Origin: Bacteroidota bacterium
GTDB taxonomy: Bacteria > Bacteroidota > Bacteroidia > Bacteroidales > UBA1715
DNA: 64,000 nt
Assembly: GCA_009786075.1 (NCBI GenBank)
Contig: WQTX01000006.1
Coordinates: forward strand, 99-64,098
Direction of reading: 5' to 3'
Numbering within the stretch: position 1 is the first letter of the stretch; each line of letters opens with the position of its first letter. The position numbers and the translations under genes were made by a program. The notes beneath the pieces are model-generated. The model worked only from the letters and a program-made list of their open reading frames with translations. It did not search any database and had not been told where the DNA came from. Positions 1-10,738 of this stretch are shown here, one piece after another.

Positions 1-140
1 CGAAGACAAAAAGACACGAAGAATAAGAATGAATTATAATTCACGTTGATATTACTCCGTTATTCAATTATTCAGTTATTCGCAAAAAAAATCCCATTGC
101 GCAAGCACAACAGGATTTTTTATAATTTACAATTTGTAAT

Positions 141-914
141 TTACAATGTAGTTAATGCATCACCAAACACTAAACCAAGTTTAAAGCGCACCATTTGGTT
201 CCACATTTTTTGTTGTGGTAAATAGTCGGTAGAAGCATACGTCATTTTTCCGGTAATATACTCAATTCCGGTCATAACAAACCTATAGCGGATATTTAAA
301 CCGCACGAAATTGTTCCTACACTACCTCCTATGCGCACTTCCTCTCGGATTAATTTATCTTTTCCGGCAACGCCCTCATTTTCATTAGTAAAAATTCTAT
401 CTTTCACTCCGTCGTAAAACAACAGGCGATATGCATTAACACCCACTGTTGGGCGCCATTTTCCATACAAATCTATGCAAAATCCTTGAAATGGACTAAA
501 TGTAATCATTGGACCCACATTCATAGAATAGTTTGCGAATAAATCGTACGATTTTACTTTATTCCCATCGTCTGCACGTCCCTTTTTGTCCACCCAATCA
601 TCGAAACGAAATAAGTTCATACCCAAATCCAGGAAATCCCATACAATTGCAAATTTCAAACCATCGGTAGGTTCAAAACTGTGGAAGTAAAACGTTGTTC
701 CCGATTCAAGAGCCATACCAAAGGTTTTCGCATCATATTGGTTTTGGTAGAATTTTTTCAGATTGTCGCCACTTGTGCGGTCTTCCAGTTTTCCCCATTT
801 CAATATGGGAGCTTGGTACGAAAATGTTAAAAACGTAGCATCAAAAACATCGCCTTGTGCAAAAAGCGAACTGCCCAGCGCAGCTAAAAGAAGTGTAGAA
901 ATAATTTTTTTCAT
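141..914 (-). CDS. Hypothetical exported protein, probable outer-membrane beta-barrel
   Basis: 257-aa ORF with Sec signal (MKKIISTLLLAALGSSLFA), alternating aromatic/hydrophobic strands, C-terminal VRFKLGLVF. Confidence 0.6.
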   Translation of the reverse strand: MKKIISTLLLAALGSSLFAQGDVFDATFLTFSYQAPILKWGKLEDRTSGDNLKKFYQNQYDAKTFGMALESGTTFYFHSFEPTDGLKFAIVWDFLDLGMNLFRFDDWVDKKGRADDGNKVKSYDLFANYSMNVGPMITFSPFQGFCIDLYGKWRPTVGVNAYRLLFYDGVKDRIFTNENEGVAGKDKLIREEVRIGGSVGTISCGLNIRYRFVMTGIEYITGKMTYASTDYLPQQKMWNQMVRFKLGLVFGDALTTL

Positions 915-1003
915 AATGGTTAATTTTTAGAGTTATAAAATATAAAGTACAAAAATAACAGTATTTTTGTATAAAAAAAATAATTTAACTTTTTTCGCAC
1001 ATA

Positions 1004-2350
1004 ATGCTCAATTGGAACACGCTACTTTCGCACAAACGACTTGGTTTTGAACACGAAATTCAAACCGCAAATGATGTTATACGCTCTGATTTTCAGCGCG
1101 ATTACGACCGGCTGATTTTTTCATCGCCATTTCGCCGCTTGCAAAATAAAACGCAGGTTTTCCCCTTGCCGGGAAGTATTTTTGTGCACAATCGCCTGAC
1201 GCATAGTTTAGAAGTTGCTTCGGTGGGGCGTTCTTTGGGCAATTTGCTTTCGGTTGGTTTGTGCGAAAAGCACCCCGAAATTGCCCGTGATACGCTTTTT
1301 AGCATTGGCTCGATTATTTCGGCAGCCTGCATTGCCCACGATTTGGGCAATCCGCCGTTTGGTCATTCGGGCGAACAAACTATTTCGCATTATTTTACTC
1401 TATATGATAAAAATAATTTACAAAACCTTATTAGTGAAAGTCAATTAGCTGATTTTCAAAATTTTGAGGGAAATGCTAATGCCTTTCGACTGCTCACGCA
1501 TCAATTTACCGGCAGGCGCAAAGGCGGTTTTGCCTTGACCTTTGCCACGCTTGGCACTTTGCTTAAATACCCCTGTTCGTCCACCGATTTGAAGGAAGGA
1601 AGAAGTCCCTACGAAAAATATGGCGTGTTTCAAAGCGAATTGCCGATTTTAGAAACTGTGGCGCACGAATTGGGTTTGAAAAAATTAAGCCAAACCGGAA
1701 ACGTGTATGGCAGACACCCCTTAGTGTATTTGATGGAAGCGGCAGACGATATTTGTTATCAAATAGTGGATTTGGAAGATGCGTACCGTTTGGGGATTTT
1801 AACCGGCGAACAAACAAAAAATCTGATGTTGGCGTTTTTTGTCGGCGAAGAAAAACAAACAATTTTAACGCAAATCAACGTTTTAAGCGATGAAAATGAG
1901 CAGATTGTAATTTTGCGTTCACGCACCATAAGCCGCCTTGTAGATGAATGTATGTCGGTGTTTTGGCGTAATTACGATGCCATTATGAATTGCGATTTTC
2001 ATTCGTCGCTTACCAAGCAATTGACCGGCGTAGCAAAAGATGCCCTTTGCGAAGTTTCAACGGTGGCAAACAATACAATTTACAATTCGCGCGAAGTGAT
2101 TGAAATTCAAATTGCCGGGCACCGTATTTTAACCGAACTCCTGACCGAATTTATTGGTGCTATGATACACAACAATTCGCTTTACACCCAGCAATTGCTG
2201 CAATTATTGCCAAGCCAACTTTCGCTCAATTCTTCGCATGTGTACGATAATTTATTTTCAATAGTCGATTTTATTTCGGGCATGACCGATGTGTATGCAC
2301 TCGAAATTTACAGGAAAATTAAAGGGATTTCGTTTTCGGTTATTCGGTAA
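1004..2350 (+). CDS. dgt: dGTP triphosphohydrolase (HD family)
   Basis: RSDFQRDYDR, RRLQNKTQVF, HNRLTHSLEV, HDLGNPPFGHSGE, EAADDICY, DFISGMTD motifs. Confidence 0.93.
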   Translation: MLNWNTLLSHKRLGFEHEIQTANDVIRSDFQRDYDRLIFSSPFRRLQNKTQVFPLPGSIFVHNRLTHSLEVASVGRSLGNLLSVGLCEKHPEIARDTLFSIGSIISAACIAHDLGNPPFGHSGEQTISHYFTLYDKNNLQNLISESQLADFQNFEGNANAFRLLTHQFTGRRKGGFALTFATLGTLLKYPCSSTDLKEGRSPYEKYGVFQSELPILETVAHELGLKKLSQTGNVYGRHPLVYLMEAADDICYQIVDLEDAYRLGILTGEQTKNLMLAFFVGEEKQTILTQINVLSDENEQIVILRSRTISRLVDECMSVFWRNYDAIMNCDFHSSLTKQLTGVAKDALCEVSTVANNTIYNSREVIEIQIAGHRILTELLTEFIGAMIHNNSLYTQQLLQLLPSQLSLNSSHVYDNLFSIVDFISGMTDVYALEIYRKIKGISFSVIR

Positions 2351-2446
2351 TATGCTTTGCGATAAACGCTACGCTGATAAATTACTTCGTGATAAATTTT
2401 ATCTTTTTTATCGTGCGAAGCACATTTATCGCCGCAGGCATTTATC
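2351..2446. repeat. Mirror array of GATAAA/TTTATC units between convergent genes
   Basis: GATAAA at 2361, 2376, 2391 (15-nt period) followed by TTTATC at 2398, 2407, 2425, 2441. Confidence 0.6.
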
Positions 2447-2505
2447 TATTCATCCAGCATGAAAAGCTGATAATTTGACTTTTTAGACAGCCTCGCTAAA
2501 GAAAT

Positions 2506-5500
2506 TTACCTAATCAAAGTAATATACCCCTTCACAAACTGTTCTTTGTCTTTACTATCAATGTAACGAATTGTGTATGAGTACGTTTCCATAGGTTGGT
2601 CTTCGCCGTTGTAGCGTCCGTTCCAGCCATGGTTTAGGTCGTTACTTTCGAATAGTAATTGCCCCCAGCGGTTGTAGATTTTTACTTCTAAAAATTCTTT
2701 TATACCCCAGCCCCGCACAAATGCTATATCGTTGTTGCCGTCGCCATTGGGCGTGAATGCTTGTGGCAGTGCTGCTTTTGTTTCTATCACAATTTGAAAT
2801 TGAATGTAAGCATTTTCCTCGAAACAACCCAAAGTGTCGTACATATATATACGATACTGAACTTCGAGCGGAAAATCCAAACAGCTCGGGTAGCCCGGCG
2901 TGCCGCATTCCAAGTGAATATTGGGGCTTATGCAATGCGTGCAACTCAAATAATCACTTGGCGACCATTCGTAAAACACTCCTTCCATCGGCGTATTGTT
3001 TACATTATATATTTGTCCGGCAATCAATTTTGAATCGGGACGAGCTGTAAGCATCAATTGAGTAGGCGTACGGTAATACAGCAATGCCGAATCGGGCGCA
3101 CCTTGATAACGTGGACGTTGCTGTACAAATACATACAAACTATCATGTTCCACACAACCATATTGCGATATAATTTCGGCGTATGCTCTGCCCGTTTGCC
3201 GTGGCGTGTACAGCGTAATTGCCGAATTTGGGTCGCTAAAATATTGCGCAGGTTTCCACGCAATAGTACTAAAATCGCCTTGCGCTTTGATTGTGGTACT
3301 TTCGCCCACGCACAGCAGGCTATCGTAATCGAACTGTACGTATGGTTTGGGGTAAAAATAAATTTTCTTTGTTCTTTCGTCGTTACACGCCACGCCTTCA
3401 ATTGCGAGACTTACTTCATACGGCTCATCGCGGCTCACAAATGTATGTATTGGATTTTTTTCGGTAGAAGTTGTGCCGTCGCCAAAATTCCACTTATAGG
3501 TATTATTTTTTACACCTACCGAAGTATTGATAAAATTAACCGTATGGGGCGCACAGCCAACTTCGTCCAAATCGTCGATTCCACGCAAAAAGTTTGCCTC
3601 TACGGGGTGCAATTCTATCAGGCGGAATATATCTTGCGGTTTGCAATTGGGCGCATCTACGATGTATTGCACTCTGAAACGTTTATTTTCGGTGTCGGGC
3701 AAAGTGGAATAGGCATGAACTGCCTGTTTCAAATCGGTAAAATTTAAAACACCATCGCCAAACGACCAATACGATGTGTAGTTATCAACACTCACGGCAC
3801 GGGTACGGGTAAAAGTAACGTCTTCGCCCACACATACCAAATATTTATTTGCTTCAAATTCCACTTCGTAACCCGGAACAAAAATTTCTGCCGTTTTTGT
3901 ATCGAGTTCGCAGCCGTAGTAATCGGAACGAGTAATGAGTTCAATACTTTGCATGCCGTAATTTAAAAACGTAATTGCTCGTGGCGTGCTTGCATTCGAC
4001 ACGAGTGTTCTTTTATTGTTGTCGATTTTAAACCACTCTGCTGAGTTATATTTCCCTGAATACCAATTGTTGTCGATATACACAATAAACACCTGCCCGG
4101 GCTCTTTACATTTGTCCATATCACGTATCATAATTTGTGCCGATGCGTCTTTTACTTCAATAGTTGCCGCCGTGGTAGCCTCACACTCCCTATTAGGGTC
4201 TATGGGGCTTTTACTGTATGCCGTGAGCGAAATATTGAACACGCCGGGCACGCTTTCTTGTGTGTAGCGGTGGCGCACGGTGTCGGATTTTATATATTCC
4301 GCATTAACTATGTTGTCGCCTTGCACTATGGTGCCATCGCCAAAATCCCACGTAAATTTGTGAATATTGTTATCGTAGTAAGGATTGTTGAGGTCGCGGG
4401 TAATAATTGCATTGTGGTTTAGGCACAATTGCGGCGTAGTTACTATGAATTTTGAATTGGGCACAATTGGTTTTATGTAATCTTGTTTGGTACGGGTGTC
4501 GTAACAACCGAGAATATCGTACACTGTGAGCGAGGGCGATACAAAACTTTCGTATTCATAAAGTACCGTGTGTACGCTATCGCTGCCTTGCCAAGGAGTG
4601 CCATTGCCAAAATACCATTCCCGTTTTACAATTGTGGTGTCGGTGTCCCAACGTGTAGTATCGGAAAATACCGTTGTAAACGGCAAACAATCGGAAGTAA
4701 TGGTTGCTATAAATCCGGCTTCGGGTTTATATACTTTTACCGGAACACGCATTGAGCCGCGGCATTCGGGATAATATCTGTCTCCGGTTTCAACTTCTAC
4801 ATAGCGTATATTTTTATTGTCGAAGTAAAAAGCAGTATCAATTTGACGCCGTTCCTCGTTAAACGCTCCTTTGTTTTTTACCCAGTAGGTTTCATACCTG
4901 TCCACGTCCTGTGCATTTGCGCCCAATTGTATAAAAGCCTCACCGTTCAAACAAGGTGTAGGGTTGCTGATTGTAAAATCTATTCTCAGTTCGGTTATGG
5001 TAGTTAAATACGATACCGAATCGGAACACTCGCATTTTGTGCCGTCGCTGTAACACTCTTCATCGCCATTGTAGGCTACGACAGTAATTAGATAGGTGCC
5101 GCGCCCGTCGGGTTCTCCAAAATGCGTATGAACAGTGTCTTTAAAATCTATATAAACAGTGTCCTCATTGTGTGCAATATGCCATCGAGGCGTTAGCCTG
5201 CCACGTCTATCGAATTTTTGCAAATACCAATTCACATATTGATTGGGCGATGAATAATCAACATTTATTTTTTTAGAAAGCGCGTATGTGTAATCATAGT
5301 TATTGATACAATCTTTTCCCGAAGACACCATTTCTATAATTGGTCCGTGTACATGAATGGTGGTAGGAATATTGAGTTCCTCTACGTAATCTTGCATTTC
5401 TTCCGACCGGCAACCGTGGTCGGAAAGCATATAAAACACATAGTGCGGACCAATCGTATCGCGCAACTGTGATTGCAATTCGGGACGCATTTTCGGTGCT

Positions 5501-7347
5501 GTAAACATAGAATTTGGTTCTCCGTAGGGATTGTCCTCAGGAAATTCATAGTGCGGGTAGCGCACAAACAAGGTATCATAAAAGTGGTTCATAGGCGAAT
5601 TAACATCGTCGCCATTTTTATAGAGGAATTTCAAATCGTCCGAAGCGCACATAACCGTATCGGGGAAAATAAGGTCGGCACTTGGTTTATTGCCTACTTT
5701 TACGATTTCTTTTTCGCCGGTTAGCGGATTATCTGTTGCAAAATCATATACCACACAGCCTTTTTTCGTAGTTGCTCGTACCGCAGTTTGATATACGCCG
5801 CGTGTGTTGTATGTCCACGAGGCTTGGTCGAAAGCCGTAACATCGGTAGTGAAGGTATTGTTTTTATAATCAAAATCCCATTCTACTTTTACAATTTCAT
5901 CGCGCTCGGTATTGTAGGTTGTTACTTCGCCAAAAGTAACGTCAAGCGGTGCGCAACCGCTTTCGGCTGTAAGAATTGAAAGGTCAATCACAGGAAACAC
6001 AAGTTCTATATTATTGGGTTTTGAAATACTTTCGGTGCAACCATTGGGCGTGGTTACGGTAAGTGCATCGGAATAAATGCCTTCGTCTGCAAAATAATAC
6101 CTTGTAGTTTGCCCTTGTATTGTGTCGCCGTTTATAATCCATTCAAAAGTAGAATTGGGCACATTGCTTGTGGCAGAATACAATACATCGGTAGGTTTGC
6201 AATAAAACTCATCGGTGGATGTATAGCTTATTTGCAGGGGCGTTTCAATTTCAAATGTTTTTGTAACAGTTTTTTCGCACACACCGTTGCTTACGGTTAG
6301 TTTCATGCGTTTCATGCCGCCGGTGTTTTCGGTCAAAGAAAATGTTTGTCCGCTACCTTTACTGCTGCCGTTTTCGTAATCCCATGAATATGAAATAGTT
6401 TGAGGGTAGGCAGGAGTAGCATTCCCCTCAAATGTAATTGTTCCGTGGCAGGCTTTATTGCCGTCAATCGCTTTCCCCGCGTCCGAAATTGTAAAATCGG
6501 GCTGGTAATCAATCAGTTGAATAGCAATCGAAGCAAAAGCCTCGCAATCGTGAATTGAAGTATTTTTGAGCGTAGCGTAATATGTGCCGTAACCATTGTA
6601 GCGGTGCGAAGGACTTTTTGTAGTTGAATTTACGGGGCTGCCATCGCCAAAATTCCATTCAAAACCGGCAAGATTTGGGTCGGCGGGACTTGTGTTGGTA
6701 AATTGCACTTGCAGCGAAGGGTCGCAGGTGCGGTCTTTATCAACGGTAAAATTTGTTTGCGGCGCATCGTTGTAGGTTTTTACGCTTATGGTGTGTCGCT
6801 CACGGTTGGTGCAGCCGTTGGCATCGGTTACGGCGCAAAACACGTTGTGTGTGCCGGCGTAGGTAAAATAATGCGCGTATGGTGCTTCCATAGGGTAAGT
6901 AGCGCCGTCCGAAACAATCCACATATACGACACTATGGGCGAATCGCTTGTTTTCTCCGTAATTGAAAATTGAAAGGGTTTGTACACGCAACTTTCCGTT
7001 TTATCACTCGTTATTTGCACATCGGGGTCGTTGAATGCTTGAATGGTTTTTGAAACGGTTTCCAGCAGCATATTCGTTTTTTTATCAAACACTTTCATTT
7101 GCGCCGTATATACGCCCGGCTTCAAATACGAGTTTTCTACTTGATATATTTCTGTCGAAAATTTCCCCGGTTCCACCACCCATTCGTAACGGTAATCGGC
7201 AATAATTGCAGGGTCGGTAGTGTTGGTAAACGTAACCAACAGCGGTGTGCAACCTTGCGTTACCGAAGGAGTGAAATCGAATTGTTGCTGCGCCGAAAGG
7301 CGGGCAACTATGAAAAGCATGATTGTGAGTAGGAAATATTTTTTCAT
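2506..7347 (-). CDS. Large multi-PKD-domain T9SS substrate with type B (gliding-motility-associated) CTD
   Basis: Signal peptide, repeated W(D/N)FGDG PKD motifs, C-terminal PQAFTPNGDGNND...IYNRWG...GYITLIR. Confidence 0.9.
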   Translation of the reverse strand: MKKYFLLTIMLFIVARLSAQQQFDFTPSVTQGCTPLLVTFTNTTDPAIIADYRYEWVVEPGKFSTEIYQVENSYLKPGVYTAQMKVFDKKTNMLLETVSKTIQAFNDPDVQITSDKTESCVYKPFQFSITEKTSDSPIVSYMWIVSDGATYPMEAPYAHYFTYAGTHNVFCAVTDANGCTNRERHTISVKTYNDAPQTNFTVDKDRTCDPSLQVQFTNTSPADPNLAGFEWNFGDGSPVNSTTKSPSHRYNGYGTYYATLKNTSIHDCEAFASIAIQLIDYQPDFTISDAGKAIDGNKACHGTITFEGNATPAYPQTISYSWDYENGSSKGSGQTFSLTENTGGMKRMKLTVSNGVCEKTVTKTFEIETPLQISYTSTDEFYCKPTDVLYSATSNVPNSTFEWIINGDTIQGQTTRYYFADEGIYSDALTVTTPNGCTESISKPNNIELVFPVIDLSILTAESGCAPLDVTFGEVTTYNTERDEIVKVEWDFDYKNNTFTTDVTAFDQASWTYNTRGVYQTAVRATTKKGCVVYDFATDNPLTGEKEIVKVGNKPSADLIFPDTVMCASDDLKFLYKNGDDVNSPMNHFYDTLFVRYPHYEFPEDNPYGEPNSMFTAPKMRPELQSQLRDTIGPHYVFYMLSDHGCRSEEMQDYVEELNIPTTIHVHGPIIEMVSSGKDCINNYDYTYALSKKINVDYSSPNQYVNWYLQKFDRRGRLTPRWHIAHNEDTVYIDFKDTVHTHFGEPDGRGTYLITVVAYNGDEECYSDGTKCECSDSVSYLTTITELRIDFTISNPTPCLNGEAFIQLGANAQDVDRYETYWVKNKGAFNEERRQIDTAFYFDNKNIRYVEVETGDRYYPECRGSMRVPVKVYKPEAGFIATITSDCLPFTTVFSDTTRWDTDTTIVKREWYFGNGTPWQGSDSVHTVLYEYESFVSPSLTVYDILGCYDTRTKQDYIKPIVPNSKFIVTTPQLCLNHNAIITRDLNNPYYDNNIHKFTWDFGDGTIVQGDNIVNAEYIKSDTVRHRYTQESVPGVFNISLTAYSKSPIDPNRECEATTAATIEVKDASAQIMIRDMDKCKEPGQVFIVYIDNNWYSGKYNSAEWFKIDNNKRTLVSNASTPRAITFLNYGMQSIELITRSDYYGCELDTKTAEIFVPGYEVEFEANKYLVCVGEDVTFTRTRAVSVDNYTSYWSFGDGVLNFTDLKQAVHAYSTLPDTENKRFRVQYIVDAPNCKPQDIFRLIELHPVEANFLRGIDDLDEVGCAPHTVNFINTSVGVKNNTYKWNFGDGTTSTEKNPIHTFVSRDEPYEVSLAIEGVACNDERTKKIYFYPKPYVQFDYDSLLCVGESTTIKAQGDFSTIAWKPAQYFSDPNSAITLYTPRQTGRAYAEIISQYGCVEHDSLYVFVQQRPRYQGAPDSALLYYRTPTQLMLTARPDSKLIAGQIYNVNNTPMEGVFYEWSPSDYLSCTHCISPNIHLECGTPGYPSCLDFPLEVQYRIYMYDTLGCFEENAYIQFQIVIETKAALPQAFTPNGDGNNDIAFVRGWGIKEFLEVKIYNRWGQLLFESNDLNHGWNGRYNGEDQPMETYSYTIRYIDSKDKEQFVKGYITLIR

Positions 7348-7496
7348 GTGTTTTTTTGCTTCGTGCGAGTTTCGTATTTGTATTCTAATTTTAATTAATA
7401 TTTTTGCAAAAATAAAAAAATCGTGAAAATTCCTGTGTGTAATGCAACTATTTACCGTTTTTTTATGTTATTACAATGAATTTAAAACTATTATAA

Positions 7497-8507
7497 TTGA
7501 AAAAAATTGTATCCATTATTAGTATAGTCCTCGTTTGTGGGCAAATAGTTGCACAAGATTTGCATTTTTCGCAATTTTATGCCTCGCCGCTTACCTTGAA
7601 CCCTGCCAACACCGGTTGGTACAATGGCGATTTCCGCATAAGCGGTAATTACCGCCAGCAATGGAAGGCAATCGATGCTAAGCCGTTTTCAACTTACGCA
7701 CTTGGCGTTGAAAAACAATTTGCACAGTATTTGAATTTTTATTCTGTTGGCGTGCAATTACTGAGCGACGAATCGGGTTATGTGGGATTGAAAGTTCACA
7801 AAGCCTTACTTTCGGGTTCCTACGCCCGTAATATCAACGGGCATAGCATTTCGCTCGGCGTGCAAGGCGGTGTGGTGTACAAAACCACCAATATAGGTCG
7901 CTACACTTACGACGAACAATTTGATTTGGGCGGCAATGTGGTATTCAATCCCAAGTTGCCAACGTCGGAAATTTCACAAGACCCTATTTTATACCCGCTT
8001 TTTCATGCAGGTTTGCTGTGGAGCAAAACGTTTAACGGCAAATTTGCCCCCGAAGTCGGTTTGGCATTTTTCAACTTGAATGCTCCCAAAGAAACATTTT
8101 ACGGGACAAGCACGCAAAACACCCAATTGCCCCTGCGCACAAGTTTTTCCGTAGGTGGCGATTTTACAATTTCTCCCACTTTTATTATACAGCCTACCAT
8201 ATTATATATGGTACAACGGCAAGGGAAAGAATTTTTATTCGGCGGCAACCTTGTGTACACCGCCTTTGAACGCATAAAACCGTTTGTCGGAACGTTTATA
8301 CGCTATGGCAACTACACCAATTTCGATGCTTCTGCGTGGGTAATTGGCGCTCGCTATGGGCAATGGCGAGGCGGTGTGAGTTACGATTTCAATATTTCGT
8401 CGCTGCATACTGCCACAAGTGGCAGGGGGGCTTTTGAGGTTTCGTTAGTGTATATTACACCGAGTGCACGGAGTTCGTTGATTAAAATTCCTTGTGATAG
8501 ACTTTGA
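7497..8507 (+). CDS. PorP/SprF family T9SS membrane protein
   Basis: QDLHFSQFYASPLTLNPANTG, YRQQW, SYDFNIS...GAFEVSL motifs; TTG start. Confidence 0.9.
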   Translation: MKKIVSIISIVLVCGQIVAQDLHFSQFYASPLTLNPANTGWYNGDFRISGNYRQQWKAIDAKPFSTYALGVEKQFAQYLNFYSVGVQLLSDESGYVGLKVHKALLSGSYARNINGHSISLGVQGGVVYKTTNIGRYTYDEQFDLGGNVVFNPKLPTSEISQDPILYPLFHAGLLWSKTFNGKFAPEVGLAFFNLNAPKETFYGTSTQNTQLPLRTSFSVGGDFTISPTFIIQPTILYMVQRQGKEFLFGGNLVYTAFERIKPFVGTFIRYGNYTNFDASAWVIGARYGQWRGGVSYDFNISSLHTATSGRGAFEVSLVYITPSARSSLIKIPCDRL

Positions 8508-8546
8508 TAATTTAGACACAAGACAAATAGACATAAGACAATTCAA

Positions 8547-10649
8547 ATGAAATCAATAATAACAATCATACTTTTCCTTTGTGCAGTTTGCTTTGTGCAA
8601 GCGCAAGAATCTTCGTTGCAAAACACAAACTTTTCAGCCAACAAACTCAAACGCTTAGGTTATAATTCCCTAAAATACGGCGACACCTATTCTGCCATAG
8701 ATTTTTTTGAAGCCTATTCGGTAAAAAAAAATAATGTGCACGTAAAATATTCGCTTGCCGAATGTTACCGTGCGGCTCGTAATTACAAAGCAGCACGGGA
8801 TTTGTATTCCGAAGTGTATGAGGCAAAACCAAACGCCTATCCGTTGGCATTGTACCACAAAGCTACACTTTTGAAAACCGAAAAACGTTACGACGAAGCT
8901 CGTACACTGTTTCAAAAATTCCGGAAATCGGGTGCGGCAGTTATTGGTGGTATAGATTATAAGAAATTGACAGCCTTACAAATACAATCCTGCGACAGCG
9001 CATTGAATTGGCTTGCCAATCCGAAAAATGCCGAAATTACACACGCCAACGAAAGCATCAACAAAGCCTCAATAGAATTTTCGCCGCAATATTTAACCGA
9101 CAGCATTTTGCTTTTTGCATCGTTGCGCAGCGATACCATAGTATATACCGTGGTTGACAGGGAAATAAACAAAATGCCGCAACGCGAATTTTATATTGCA
9201 AAATTCAATAACAATTCATGGGAATTTGCCGGCGAATGGGGCGATGCCCGCTACCTGACCGCACCCAATGAGCAAATAGGCAACGGTGTGTTTTCGCCCG
9301 ATAAACGCAAATTTTATTTTACCCGGTGTGTAAAAACCAATCGTTTTGATTACGAGTGTGCCATATACGTGAGCGAAAAAATGGGCAAAACATGGGGTAA
9401 ACCCGATAGATTGCCGAATACCATAAATATGAGCGGGTATCAAAATACGCAGCCTGCGATTGGCATCAATTCCAAAACAAACGACGAAGTGTTGTATTTT
9501 GTGAGCAACCGCCCGGGTGGCAAAGGCGGTATGGATATATGGTACAGTGAATTTCAAAAAAGTAAAGGCGAGTGGACTACACCCAAAAATTGCGGAAACG
9601 CCATAAATACTCCCGGCGACGAATTGACACCATTTTTCGATATGAAAACCCGCACCTTGTATTTCAGCTCCGATGGTTTACCCGGATTGGGCGGATTAGA
9701 TATATTTAAAGCTACCGGTGAACTTGGCAAATGGATTGCTGTTGAAAACGTTGGTGCGCCCATAAATTCGCCTTTCGATGATTTATATTATGTGTTGCAC
9801 ACCAACCACAAAGACGGTGTGTTTACATCAAATCGCACCGGTTCGGTAACTGTAATGCACGAACATTGCTGCGACGATTTATATTTTTTCCGGTACAATA
9901 ATATTATAGTACTTGCCGTGAATGGTGTGGTAAAACAAAAAATAAACCAGCAAGTGAAAAATATTTTAGATGCCCAACTTGAAACCACTTTCGTTGCCGA
10001 CACATTGCCTGCCGCAAATATTCCGGTAACATTATATATGATAGATGAACAATCGAAAGAAAAAGCTGTGGTAGCACAGCAAAAAACCACGAAAGACGGT
10101 TCATATCATTTCGATGTTGAGGTTAATAAAAAGTATATAATAGAGGCGGAAAGTCCCCGAAAACCAAATCCTACACTTACGTTCAATACAAAAAATATTG
10201 AAAAATCCGACACTCTGCCGCAGTCCGATATTGTGATTGAATACATTCCGCAAATTCCGTTTATTATAAAAAATATTTATTACGATTTCGATAAATCGGA
10301 TTTGCGTCCGGAATCGAAAACGGTAATAGACACCACGTTGTTCCGAATTCTCAAAGAACATCCTCATATAATTGTAGAAATCAGCAGCCACACCGATAGC
10401 AAAGGCGACCACGATTATAATATGAAACTTTCGCAACGCCGTGCCGAAAGTGTTGTGGATTATTTAATAAAAAGCGGAATTGATAAAAATCGCCTTGTGG
10501 CACGTGGTTACGGCAAAACCCGACCAATTGCACCCAATGAAAATCCGGACGGCAGCGATAACCCCGAAGGGCGGCAAAAAAACCGTCGAACAGAGTTCAA
10601 AATCATAGGGACAATTGATAATTATGAAAAAATTATTTACGAAGAATAG
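8547..10649 (+). CDS. PorE-like TPR/PD40/OmpA-domain protein
   Basis: N-terminal TPR-like helices, PD40 repeats (YFVSNRPGGKGGMDIW), OmpA domain (IYYDFDK...SHTDSKG...LSQRRA...NRRTEF). Confidence 0.88.
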   Translation: MKSIITIILFLCAVCFVQAQESSLQNTNFSANKLKRLGYNSLKYGDTYSAIDFFEAYSVKKNNVHVKYSLAECYRAARNYKAARDLYSEVYEAKPNAYPLALYHKATLLKTEKRYDEARTLFQKFRKSGAAVIGGIDYKKLTALQIQSCDSALNWLANPKNAEITHANESINKASIEFSPQYLTDSILLFASLRSDTIVYTVVDREINKMPQREFYIAKFNNNSWEFAGEWGDARYLTAPNEQIGNGVFSPDKRKFYFTRCVKTNRFDYECAIYVSEKMGKTWGKPDRLPNTINMSGYQNTQPAIGINSKTNDEVLYFVSNRPGGKGGMDIWYSEFQKSKGEWTTPKNCGNAINTPGDELTPFFDMKTRTLYFSSDGLPGLGGLDIFKATGELGKWIAVENVGAPINSPFDDLYYVLHTNHKDGVFTSNRTGSVTVMHEHCCDDLYFFRYNNIIVLAVNGVVKQKINQQVKNILDAQLETTFVADTLPAANIPVTLYMIDEQSKEKAVVAQQKTTKDGSYHFDVEVNKKYIIEAESPRKPNPTLTFNTKNIEKSDTLPQSDIVIEYIPQIPFIIKNIYYDFDKSDLRPESKTVIDTTLFRILKEHPHIIVEISSHTDSKGDHDYNMKLSQRRAESVVDYLIKSGIDKNRLVARGYGKTRPIAPNENPDGSDNPEGRQKNRRTEFKIIGTIDNYEKIIYEE

Positions 10650-10738
10650 AAAAAATTTATTTATTTAAAAAAAAATACTACATTTGTAGGCGTTTTTTAT
10701 AGTAGAGAAGTATATATTTAATAAATTTTACACAGAGA

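Noticed and set aside
1004-2350. dGTPase as an anti-phage defence gene
   Set aside because: Looks like the ordinary Bacteroidota dgt, and no defence genes are adjacent.
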